This document shows, piece by piece, positions 9,544 to 19,767 of a stretch of DNA of 64,000 bases. Source of the stretch: Paramoeba atlantica (lineage: Eukaryota > Protista > Discosea); the NCBI GenBank assembly GCA_977017575.1, contig CDRNVI010000012.1, positions 992,001-1,056,000 on the forward strand. Direction: 5' to 3'. Position 1 is the first letter of the stretch; each line of letters begins with the position of its first letter. Below the pieces are notes generated by a model that had not been told where the DNA came from, ran no database searches, and was given only the letters and a program-made list of their open reading frames with translations. Position numbers and translations under genes: made by a program.

Positions 9544-10794
9544 ATGCTGGATAATGTGAACAGCTCATACTCTTCCCTTTTCTGGTTACCTACCATAGAG
9601 AAGGAATGTGCCACAGCGGGGTTATATGAGTCAGTACTTTGTGCACGGGAAGTAGAATATGACTCTCTCAGCAACACACCACGGTGGTGTAATGAGCTGA
9701 TGATAGTATCTGAGCGGATGTACTCTGACGCGGTAAAAATTAAAAGCAACGTTGCATCACTTTCTCCCAAAGCATATCGAATCCGACGAAATGTCCTCTT
9801 TCCTGAATGCTCTTCGGGATCGAGGAAATATCGTAATCGAGCTGGAGATAAATTGGAGGCAGTGTTAGAGGAAAGTGGTATACTGAATTTATTGCGATAT
9901 TCCACTGCATCTGAAAAAGAATTTGTTTTTGTGGATGTATGCGGCGGGCCTGGAGCATTTTCGGAAATGTTATTTGCGTGGGGCAAAGAAAATCTTCCGA
10001 ATTTAACCAGAATCATTGGTGTGGGGATTACTTTACGTCCTACGGAACAGGGAAGTGTTCCCAGCTCTGTAGCGTGGTATCCTTCGCTTCTAGCCAAAGC
10101 AACACCCAGTACCTCGGAGAGGAGTTCAACTTCTGTGACAGAGTGTTTTCTACCCCTCTGGGGTAACGACGGCACAGGCAACCTTCTTTTGTCGAAGAAC
10201 ATAAACTCTTTTACGGAGGAATGTCTGAAAAATACGGCTCGTTTACATCATTCCTTGCCTCAGACAGACTCCAGGAAATTTTGTTCAAAAAATGGCGTAG
10301 ATATAGTGGTGGCCGATGGTGGGTTCGATGTAAGTGGGCAAGAGGCCCTTCAAGAGGTCCTCTCGGCACCATTACTGCTTAGTGAGGTCATTCTGGCGCT
10401 GAAAACGCTACGACAGGGCGGAGCACTTGTTCTCAAAGCGTTCGACACAATAACCATGTTTTCGGCCAGCCTTTTATTCATACTATCGCATTGCTTCGAG
10501 CGTGTAGGCTTATGTAAACCACTTCGATCACGGGTTGTCAACAGTGAGCGATACATAGTTGCGGTTGGCTATCGAAAAAGTGATCTTGGCAGTGGTTTGG
10601 AAGACAAACTAATTCCTAGACTTATGACTTTTATTACTTACAGAGAGAGCGTGGAATTTCCACAAATTCCAAAGACACTGGTGGATGCCAAGGTAATTTT
10701 GAATCATAAAGCTTTTTTAAATTCACTCCGGGCGGCATCTATTTATTGGATGAATCGACAGATTAAAAGTTTACGTCTTATATTCGACGACTAG
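9544..10794 (+). CDS. MTr1: FtsJ/RrmJ-family cap-specific 2'-O-ribose methyltransferase (MTr1/CMTR1-like)
   Basis: FVDVCGGPGAFSE (SAM binding), VVADGGFD, GGALVLKAFD, KPLRSRVVNSERY: K-D-K-E tetrad context. Confidence 0.8.
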   Translation: MLDNVNSSYSSLFWLPTIEKECATAGLYESVLCAREVEYDSLSNTPRWCNELMIVSERMYSDAVKIKSNVASLSPKAYRIRRNVLFPECSSGSRKYRNRAGDKLEAVLEESGILNLLRYSTASEKEFVFVDVCGGPGAFSEMLFAWGKENLPNLTRIIGVGITLRPTEQGSVPSSVAWYPSLLAKATPSTSERSSTSVTECFLPLWGNDGTGNLLLSKNINSFTEECLKNTARLHHSLPQTDSRKFCSKNGVDIVVADGGFDVSGQEALQEVLSAPLLLSEVILALKTLRQGGALVLKAFDTITMFSASLLFILSHCFERVGLCKPLRSRVVNSERYIVAVGYRKSDLGSGLEDKLIPRLMTFITYRESVEFPQIPKTLVDAKVILNHKAFLNSLRAASIYWMNRQIKSLRLIFDD

Positions 10795-11190
10795 TGAAAT
10801 TCAACATGGGACGAGGTACGGCCGTATCCTAATGGTAGAATGCTTTTAAAAGTCAGATGCGGCGTTCTTTTTGAAATCACAAGTACACTCGTGAAACCGT
10901 AAAATTTAGTTCATAGTACCCCCCTCTAACAACTAATTATAAATTACCCTGTTGTCAGGATTTATAAATACTTCTTATTTATAAACAAAAATGAGTCTGC
11001 TCGAAAGTTAAAGCAAAACAAGATAACTTATCTGAGCGGCTCGGAGCGGCAAGGCAGTGAAAAATACGAAAATCTGAAATTTTTTTTCACCGCTTTCACT
11101 CTACATGTTAAGCGGGTGCCTCGGTGTACTATGTCTTCATCACGGAAGTAATAACCTCCGTTATCAGACAATTCGGCTATTTCCATTCTT

Positions 11191-11518
11191 ATTGAGTAAT
11201 ATGCAGCACTATCAGGCCACCACACTCAATGGTACCTTGGGCAGTACACTCATCTAGACCTTCGCCCAAAATTTTATGCACACATTTTTTTGTTCTACCA
11301 CTGGAGTATGTACATCGCCTGTGACGGATCAATTGAAATATCAAATACAGAACAAATACGTTTCTGTTCTAAATGTGTAGCAATGAAAAAAACAGGCATA
11401 TCTTTCCAAAATGTTCGAACTAAATAGGGGTATAAAATTTTGGGCGAAGGTCTAGATGAGTGTACTGCCCAAGGTACCATTGAGTGTGGTGGCCTGATAG
11501 TGCTGCATATCACTCAAT
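11191..11518. mobile_element. Foldback/MITE-like element with 87-bp inverted arms
   Basis: 11191-11277 is the reverse complement of 11432-11518 with one mismatch; 154-bp spacer; no TSD seen. Confidence 0.75.
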
Positions 11519-12576
11519 GGTACGAGTAAGATTGTCCTGCTTCAAGGGACCACGAATACTGAACTGTTCGTTGATTTTTCATACGCTAATAATGAAGAAT
11601 AATGCCACACAATGCTCCTAGCCGCTCAAAATGAGTGGATTACATGGGGATCTGAATTCGCCAGAGATGAACGGGGGAGGAGAGTTCGCGTCGCAAGTTG
11701 ACGAAGATCTTCTCTGTTAATGAGATTTGCACGATTTTAGAATGTACAGCCCATTAGGCGCACCTCGGAGCCCCAGAACACATACAGAGAACATCCAAAA
11801 AGAACGAGTTTTCCAAAAAGTCGCGCAACTCGATTCACAGGTGTTCTGGAGCTCTAAAGTCAGGTCAAATCGGAATGAGCAAGCATACCACAAGGTTAAG
11901 CCATTCCTTGGTCGACAGCATGCGTAGGCGCATATAGACATCAATCAAGGCACAAGAAAGAGTTCCGCTAGTATTCATTTGAAGGTACATACTTCGTTTT
12001 TATGCATCAGTAAATTGTGTTTTTCGTCTAAAAAATCTTACCTCGAAATTGCAAAAAAACTGTTCACATGTTTTTCTTTACTTGCATACGATCACACTTT
12101 TGTTACAAAGCCGATTGAGTCGGAAGCTCTATGGCAACATATACCTAGTACCCACGCGTACACTACTCTGATATACTACTTCAATGCACACGACACCTGG
12201 CCACAGGGAAACACCAACAACAAAAAAGTGTCAAACATGTGAACAGTTTTTTTGCATACTGTATGTTCCATTCCGTAGATGTTCATGAACGGATTATGGT
12301 ATTTTGCACGCCCATCCATAGTAGCTTCTCCTCTTCAGTGATGATTCTCTCCAAACTTAAAACGTGGGTCAACTGTCTCCACGAGGAAAGCTGCTCTAAA
12401 GCAAATTTTACGGTGTACAAAGGTTTCAATGCAACCCTTGTTTTCCAGATCAGCCGTGAAATCCAGCTTGTCGCATCACGAACCGTTACCTCACACTGTG
12501 GTTTCTTTATAACCTTGTCTTTAGTCCACTCTTTGATTTTTGAGTTCTTCATGCGGGACTGAAGATTTCCATTATC

Positions 12577-12641
12577 CACTACACTTTGTTCCAGGCAGTG
12601 GGAGTGAGTTTCGCTCCCACTGCCTGGAACAAAGTGTAGTG
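12577..12641. repeat. Perfect 28-bp hairpin (9-nt loop)
   Basis: CACTACACTTTGTTCCAGGCAGTGGGAG / CTCCCACTGCCTGGAACAAAGTGTAGTG. Confidence 0.95.
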
Positions 12642-12785
12642 AATCAGGATAGGCCGGTGTATTCTCAGTTAAAAAAAATCACGCCCGAATAAGCGGTGCA
12701 TGAAAATAAGGAAATAATATGAGAACAGAACCTGCAGTACAATCACTCACTAGATTTCATCGATCATCTCACAGGTCAAAGCAAA

Positions 12786-12866
12786 GGGACACTTAATTAC
12801 GGGACACTTTTGACCCAAAAGGGGGTCCCTTAATTAAGGTGTCCCGTAATTATGTTCCGCACTGTA
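12786..12866. mobile_element. Tc1/pogo-like transposon end remnant
   Basis: Ends in CACTG-TA (12860-66); internal inverted TAATTACGGGACAC / GTGTCCCGTAATTA motifs; no partner end identified. Confidence 0.45.
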
Positions 12867-13067
12867 CCTCTAAAATGTGTATCTCTAAAGAAAACAGTCA
12901 TACAAGATCACGTGACTTCACGCAAGATCCTATGCGTTAGATACAACCAATTTACTCATTTTATGTAGCTCACATAGTGTACATACATAGTGTATGTTGC
13001 TCACATGTTACTTTTTTCGCATTTTATCTAATTATTGGACTATTCTTTTTTAAATACCACCTAGACA

Positions 13068-14336
13068 ATGACAAAAGCTGAATCATTGCAATGTAGGCAA
13101 TGCGGATTCTTGCTGTCTTCGGCAAAGAAGGCCGCGGAGCACGCCACCCGCACAGGGCATACTGATTTTTGCGAAACAACTGAAATCATTCGTCTCGAAA
13201 GGTGTGAAGTGTGTAGAAAACCGTGTCAAACTCAGGTAGAAAAAGACATACATTCACGTGCCACAGGGCACACAACCTTTCTTCCATGCAATTCTTCACG
13301 TTCTTTGACGAGCAATCCAAAATCTGCGGCTACGTCCCCCCAGCAGCACGATAGTACTTCAAATCAGATAGTATTAAGCTCCTCTCTTCACGATGAGCTT
13401 CTGAGTATGGGGTATTCTTCAACTCGTTCTATCAATGCCCAATCGGCAGGGAATAACACATTGGAAGGTGCAATTGATTGGATTGCTTCTCATGAGAACG
13501 ATCCAATACTAGATGCAGAGCGTGATAATATATTCTTCGATGATCGTGAATCTCTCAGCAAGGTTGTTACATCCTCTTCTCAGGGCGACGAAAAGGAGCA
13601 AACGAAAAGTGAGATTAGAAATCGCATCCTCAAACAAAAAGAACTAAAGGAAGAAAAGGATCGAATTGATACCAGGGAAAGAGAAAAGCAGAGAATTCAA
13701 ATGCAAAAAGCTGTAGCTGAAGCCAAGGAGCGATCTGTTGAAATGAAACGAAAGTTGGTCTATGAAGAAATGCAACGAGATAAAGCAAATGACATAAAAA
13801 CACGAGAAAAGATTGTTCTAGATATGGCTATAGAAAGAAAAATGAAAGCAGGCTTAGATCTCCAAACAGCTACGCATGAAGCTAACAAAGATATTGAGCG
13901 GAGAAAAAAATCTTCAATAAGGAAAGAGGAACCGCTTGTGGAATCGAGAGCCGGACTTTCAGATAAAGGACCTGTGGAATGGAAGTTGTATTCTTCAGAC
14001 ACATCTGAAGATTCATTTCCTATAGAACAAGTCTTTACCGGATCATTTTCGTCTGTGACACGAAGCCATATCGGTAAGTTAGCACAAGCCTTAGATACGT
14101 TACAACGCACGCAAGTTGCCAAAATTTTGAAGAATATACTGCAGTACCCACTTGAACGTAGGTTTCGTAAATTAAATTGGCGCAGTCAGGCTTTCAAGGC
14201 TCTGATCACTGAGCAGTGCCTATATTTTCTTCAAGCCTGTGGTTTCATAAAAGAACATCATCACTTGAAAATTAAAGCTGTCTTGTTTGGTCGACTAAGG
14301 TACGCCCTTGAATGTCTAGAGGAAGCGGGAATCTGA
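13068..14336 (+). CDS. C2H2 zinc finger + UBA + coiled-coil + PUB domain protein (p97 cofactor-like)
   Basis: CRQCG..AAEHATRTGH, CEVC..H..ATGH, LLSMGYS..RS..A....LEGAIDWI (UBA), KILKNILQYPLERRFRKL (PUB). Confidence 0.8.
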   Translation: MTKAESLQCRQCGFLLSSAKKAAEHATRTGHTDFCETTEIIRLERCEVCRKPCQTQVEKDIHSRATGHTTFLPCNSSRSLTSNPKSAATSPQQHDSTSNQIVLSSSLHDELLSMGYSSTRSINAQSAGNNTLEGAIDWIASHENDPILDAERDNIFFDDRESLSKVVTSSSQGDEKEQTKSEIRNRILKQKELKEEKDRIDTREREKQRIQMQKAVAEAKERSVEMKRKLVYEEMQRDKANDIKTREKIVLDMAIERKMKAGLDLQTATHEANKDIERRKKSSIRKEEPLVESRAGLSDKGPVEWKLYSSDTSEDSFPIEQVFTGSFSSVTRSHIGKLAQALDTLQRTQVAKILKNILQYPLERRFRKLNWRSQAFKALITEQCLYFLQACGFIKEHHHLKIKAVLFGRLRYALECLEEAGI

Positions 14337-14518
14337 CGCTAATGAAAGCAGGCTGCAAAGATCTGTTTTGATATACCTCAATCCATCAAGATAGTAGTCT
14401 TCTAGTAAATGTGAAAAAGGAAATCTTTTCTATTTCTATATTTTCATGTTTCTCGAGGAGGCTCTATGTTATCATTGTGAACACACACGATTTTTCAATA
14501 TTCCACTCCTTCAATATC

Positions 14519-15211
14519 ATGACATACATGTATGTTGCTGAGGCATGTGATGCTACTCGATTAGGCCGAGTGCGAAGCGCTGCTCTTCCTCAGGAGTATC
14601 TTCTCCATCAAATGGTTGAAAACATCACTAATAAACAATTTAATTGGAATTCCTCTATTCAAGCATGTGAGTGGTCAGGAGTAGATTGTCGCGACTCGTT
14701 GTCGGTAAGTAGTATCCACTGGCATCGATTCGGCATTAGGGGAACCTTAGCCTACGAAAAATTGCCTTCCACGGTCCTAGAAGTCAATGTCAACGAAAAT
14801 TTCCTTGTTGGTAGATTGTCTCTCGAATTCTTTCCAGCTCAAGTCACGCTCGGACGTTTTTCTCGAAACCAATACATAGAAAATTTTGACTTTACAGTGT
14901 TACCAGAGGGAATGGTGCGTCTTGTTCTCACCTGCAATCTCCTCTCCGGAAACCCAGATTTCACGCAACTTCCTTCCTCCCTTGAATTTATATTTGCTGT
15001 TAAAAATCGTTTTCATGGATGTATTGATCTTTCCCAGCTACCTCCTTCCCTTGGTCTCCTGTCCCTGCGAGATAATCTTTTGACTGGAATCGTAGATTTG
15101 CGTGACCTGAGATCGAAAATTCGTATTGATCTTGTGGAGAATTGTTTTAAAGGGTTCATTCCAAAGGAAGGAGTCCCTGGAGTCAAAATAAAGCCTCAAA
15201 AAAATATGTAG
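14519..15211 (+). CDS. Leucine-rich repeat protein, family copy 2
   Basis: RLGRVRSAALPQEYLL, ACEWSGVDC cap, LRRs. ATG 14519 (ORF track 14411). Confidence 0.85.
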   Translation: MTYMYVAEACDATRLGRVRSAALPQEYLLHQMVENITNKQFNWNSSIQACEWSGVDCRDSLSVSSIHWHRFGIRGTLAYEKLPSTVLEVNVNENFLVGRLSLEFFPAQVTLGRFSRNQYIENFDFTVLPEGMVRLVLTCNLLSGNPDFTQLPSSLEFIFAVKNRFHGCIDLSQLPPSLGLLSLRDNLLTGIVDLRDLRSKIRIDLVENCFKGFIPKEGVPGVKIKPQKNM

Positions 15212-15591
15212 ACACTGAAAATATGTAGTACACTGAAGTTTGACTTTTATGATAAATGACTAAACTGTGTACAGTGCACACAATTATTAGTGTAATATTA
15301 ATTCGTAAACCAAAACTTAGTAAATTTTTAATCAGCAAAACATTTTGCAAAAATCAGCCTTTTTCACCGACGCCGCTATTAGGGCGTGCGCAGAGCGCTT
15401 GGTCGGCGTTCGCGGCTTCCAAGGAAACCTCTTTTTCCAAAATGAAATTTAGGGTACGTAGCACCTTCGATGAATTACTCATCGAAGGTTTCAAAAGCGC
15501 TTTTTCAAAAAAAGACGAAAGAAAATTTCGGATTGTAATTTTCGATTTTGTACTTTGTACAAATACTTTCTATTTTCGATTGTAATTTTCG

Positions 15592-16130
15592 GATTGTAAA
15601 AAGGTTCGGGGAAAGACACAAGCCTCTCGCCACAAGGGGGTTAAGGAAACTTTCCGCAACCTACTAATCCAGTACGGATTCTCCCCAGACCTAGTCGAAC
15701 CTAGATTCGATAACGGTCGGGGACCGGACATCTGTTTCCTTTTGGGGCGGAAACTAGTCCTAGTGGACGTGACGGTGGTAAAACCACTGGCCCCGTCCTA
15801 CGTGGATAAGGAGGCAGCTGAGCCCTCCTTCACCGTGAGGCAGGCAGAGCGCCTCAAAAGGCGCACTCACGAGGAAATGGCGGGGGCCAGGGAGATGGAT
15901 TTCTTCCCTTTGGCCTTCACCACGTACGGTGTCCCCGGCCCCGAGACCCTCCAGTTTCTAAATCTGGTAGCTCGGAAGGCCACCGGCGAGAAGAATGGTT
16001 GCCTCAGCCATTTTATCATGGCAATCGGGGTAGCCATCCAAAAGGGGAACGCCCAGATAGCGCATGCCGCGGTACAAAACTGGTACCGGAGGGGCTTGCG
16101 CTAATGGGCTCGGGGGACGACAAAAAAAAA
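15592..16130 (+). mobile_element. 5'-truncated CRE/SLACS-like retrotransposon fragment (RLE domain + poly(A))
   Basis: Homologous to the 3' end of 46855-48753 (GKTQASRHK..KETFRNLL.QYGF.PDL.EPRFDNGRGPDI, LVDVTVV.P, AE..KRR.H); stop at 16104, then short G-rich UTR and A-run. Confidence 0.9.
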
Positions 16131-16152
16131 GAAAGAAACTATCTGGAATTTA

Positions 16153-16482
16153 ATGTCCAACTTTATAGTGCAACTTAAGATTACTGTAGAAGACTGTCGC
16201 CCCCGAATCTGGCGAAGAGTTCACTTGAAAACTTCCGACTTCCTCGCACATCTACACGAGACCATTCAACGAGCATTAGGCTTCATTATTCAACGAGCAT
16301 TTATGGCTGGATTACCATCTCCATTCCTTCATCATCGCAAAGCGCAAATTCTCAATATGGCGAAGAATCCTGATGAAATCCACCGATTTCAAGAGGGAGG
16401 AGGAGGAGGAAGTGGAAGTGGAGAAGGGACGGAACAAAACGATGAAAAGACAAGACACAAGAAGGCGATGCATAAAATATAG
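16153..16482 (+). pseudogene. Plasmid pRiA4b ORF3-like (MM3350-like) gene relic
   Basis: VQLKITVEDCRPRIWRRVHL....LAHLHETIQRALG, continuing after a duplication/frameshift as WLDYHLHSF; the downstream YDFGD motif is not seen. Confidence 0.65.
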
Positions 16483-16955
16483 TCTAAAAGAAAACAAGGG
16501 ACTACCACCTAATGTCATGAAAGGGAAAATGTTTCAATCATTGTAAAAGAGAACACCCTTGTGCGAAAGTGATTCATTAAAAAAATCAAGAATTGGTTCT
16601 AGCGCAGAGCGCGCAAACATTAATTACGCGCTTAGAATTACCTGGAGAATAACACCGAGGATTTGGAAAACTCTGAGAAAAATCACAGAAAATGCTCAGT
16701 TACCACGAAGAAAAAATTATGTACAATAAGCCCCAACATTGTTAGATAACGAAAATTCTAACAATGCCCCTGACCTAAAAGGTACATTGTGAAAAGTTAT
16801 GTTCAAAAAACACATAATGCTCGTCGGCCAGACGGACCTCTTAAAACGTATGAATTATCGAAAATAAGAACGTACAATGCACGTCGGCCAATGCGCAGGA
16901 AACAAAGAATGTACAGTATTTGGTAAGTGGTCCTTTAGAGAACAGCAATAAAAAA

Positions 16956-17890
16956 TTACTCATCAGATGAAATATCATCTTCCTCGCCTGATAAGGCGCA
17001 CGAGCTAAAGCTCGCCACTTCCAACGCATCAAAGGGATGCTTTCCGTAAGAATCGCGGACACAATTCAAGATGTTAACAAACCTTTGTTGCCAAGATTCT
17101 TGTCGATCAGTGTCCCCGTCCCCGAACTTGACGCACTGCAACGCGGCGTTGCGCTTCAAGTCCATACAGGTGACACGATAATAGTATTGTTGACGCTTTA
17201 TCCAGTATTTGATGACTCGATAAGAAGCTTCAGCGTGGTTGGTATGGTAATCCCTGAGATTGACGAACTCTTTGATGTGGTTGACAGCGAAATGACGGCA
17301 ATAATCCTTCATGTGCAAGTACCCGCGCCATTGGTCGGTTACGACAATTGAGCGGGCACTTGTAAGGTGTGGAATGACAAGATCCTCTAAGGTTTGGGAA
17401 TCTCTACGCTCCGCCAACTTCCAGTGAAGGCGCCCCATTTCCCGGTTTCTCACCTCAGTAATTGTCACGAACCACCACCCCAACTTTCACAGATTTCCTC
17501 GATGGTACTTGCGTTTTCCAATGAAGGTTTCATCGACCTGAATTCGGGAAAAATTATACGTTGTATTTTCCTCAGTAAAGTGCTGCATTCCCCAAGTAGT
17601 GTAGAAATTGGGTAAAAGTTTTCTCGGGAACGCCGCAGTTTCGAGCGATCTGTCCCGTGGCCATGTTATTAGCGATGTCAGCCCAAATCAATACGAAAGT
17701 TTACAGACTAACCTTGGAGCGTGTAGAAAGGTACGGCATGAACTTGCAAATTTTAGCACGGCTAGTGCTAATTTTAGCGCGGCTAGTGAGAAGATCCGTG
17801 TCCTTTACAAGAAGGAGGAGAAAGCAAGCCATGATTACTCATCCAGGTTTCTAGGCGCCTACCCTCTGGAATATCACGCACACTTCGCCA
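16956..17890 (-). pseudogene. Merlin/IS1595-like DDE transposase, decayed
   Basis: IQVDETFIGKRKYHRG (upstream of in-frame TGA 17489-87), IVVTDQWRGY, HFAVNHIKEFVN, HTNHAE. Upstream HTH-like TGQIARNCGVPEKT lies in another frame; further stop and frameshifts. Confidence 0.85.
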
Positions 17891-18439
17891 CGTAAAGACG
17901 CATGCGAATCCCATGCATCCAAGGCACAAGGGACCAGGAAGGGGTGTGTCATACCACGTTTGTTGGTAATCCAAGTTATCGTCCTCAGATCTTTGCTGGA
18001 GTTCGCCTGAACTTTGATTTGGGGAGTGATTTGGGGAGAACTGTTCTCCAACAAGGACAAAAAGAGACGAAAGAGAAAGGCACAAGAATCAAAGTAGGTT
18101 TCTGGCTTTCAAAACAATGCGTTTTGAAACAAAGTTTCAAAACAATGCGTAATGTTACCAAAAAAATATGCCTTAAATCTATCGGTCTAGCCTCCAGACA
18201 CGTAAACTTTTTCTTAAACTAGGTGTCTCCAAAATAGGAAAACGAATACACAATCCTGCGGAAGTGGCACTAATTTTTGCGAGCACTGTATAAGCTTCAC
18301 GTGCAGTAAAACATACTTTTAACATTGCATAAAGGGGGTAGCACGAAAAAATGGAGGGTAATCAACATTCATAAAACTCCACCAGTTTCGTGAAGTAGCA
18401 CCGCATTCGAGAGCTCTTGCAGAGTTACGCGTCATCTAA

Positions 18440-19751
18440 GAGGGGTGGACAGCCGAAATTACGATTACTTGGCGCACCCGGGCGCACCCGCTGAAGCTAA
18501 GCTGTTTCAACGGGCAAAAATACTGGAATACGGGGAAAATACGGGGAATTTTTCGACACCTGTCCATATGGTCTGAGTGTTTCTTGAGTTTTTAAAATGT
18601 TGCTTTCCTTTTGTCGCTACCTCACTAACGTGATGCCTAGGTCGCTCGATGAGGTACGCGCGCTTTTATTAAGCCGAGATGCTTTTTAATTCCAAAATGT
18701 GCACCTTTTCATACATCTTCTGGTGATCATCTTCCAACTTCTTCACTTTGCTTTCGAGGTCATGTACTTGCTGATGTAGAACTATAATTTCGTCAGCAGC
18801 CTTTTTCGTCTCCGCTTGCGTTCCAAAAACGACCTGCTTAACGTCTCTGTGACGGTCGCGGTGCTTCTTGCTCGCTTCCACCGCGTCCCCACGCAAACTT
18901 CGCCACATAGTGCGAAACCATTCTGCCATGGCTTCTAAGGAGCGAGGAGAATGCTCATATTTCCCACCATAGTACTTCCCAAGGAAGTCACTCATATCCT
19001 TAGCCAACGATTCCACAGGCAAATCTTGTATAACAAGTTTCCATTTCCCTTCTGGACTATTCCATCGCCAAAAATTGTCTCATGCTCCTTGACGCCATGA
19101 AGTTCAGATTTCATGGCATCTTTGTAGAACATGAGTCCCGTGTCACGGGCCTTTGCCATCATGACCAATGCCTCAAGCAGGATAGTCTCATCGATTGGCA
19201 CTTCAAAAAGCGTCTTTGAGCAGGTTAGAAGCTGCTGGCGACGATTCAACAACCACTCAACGCAAGTATCCAATATGTTCTCCTCCATGCGTTCCATCAT
19301 TTCCGGCGCAGGAAGACGTGTGTCTGCATACTTGATCCTGTTCTTTTCTATATCAGAAAGGCCAGCAAATTTTAAGTTTACAATTTCTTTTCGTGTTAAA
19401 GGAACAATCATAGTTTCGCGTAACTTGTGGCCTACCCACTTGCGTAAACGGTCATAAGTGGGTGAAGAAGAGCTGGCATACTTGTCTTCAAGGAACACAG
19501 TGTCGTCAGGTGGAAGACCCATCAAAAGATTTGCAAGCTTAAAGTAAATTTTGGAACTAATTTTTTTCATCAAAATTTTATGTCACTAAAAGTAACGGGA
19601 ACGTGTACATCTCAAAATTCTGAACTGATAAGAGGGAGTATAAAACTGCTCAACTCCTGAATATCTAGGAGTGATCTTTTTCGGGGCACTGCATTTTTAC
19701 CTTGAGCCGCACCCGACCGCACCCGACCGCACCGAGCCCGGTTCACCCTTC
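18440..19751 (-). mobile_element. Non-autonomous PIF/Harbinger-like element carrying an unknown ORF
   Basis: TAA on both flanks (18437-39, 19752-54); imperfect TIR GAGGGGTGGAC / GAAGGGTGAAC; 10-bp CGCACCCG repeats inside both ends; ORFs 18992-19573 and 18669-19022. Confidence 0.65.
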
Positions 19752-19767
19752 TAATAATGCAGAAATA

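Larger units (their letters stand above)
15272..18288. mobile_element. Possible Tc1-like outer shell (imperfect 21-bp TIRs, TA flanks) around nested relics
   Basis: TA-CAGTGCACACAATTATTAGTG at 15270 versus reverse complement of 18268-18290 TA-CAGTGCTCGCAAAAATTAGTG (17/21). Could be ends of two unrelated copies. Confidence 0.35.

Noticed and set aside
12000-12579. hAT-like transposase remnant on the minus strand (VDNGN, TEWNIQY resembling DNa.N and TRWNS.Y)
   Set aside because: Motifs are too degenerate, the CxxH motif is absent and there are many stops; would need an HMM search.
17487-17489. In-frame TGA in the Merlin ORF as evidence of stop-codon reassignment or readthrough
   Set aside because: Host genes end in TGA (5363, 14336, 56935) and the same ORF has other stops and frameshifts.
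16737-18143. Small 10-bp hairpins at 16737-66 and 18121-43 as Merlin ends
   Set aside because: They do not pair with each other and no 8-9 bp TSD is present.
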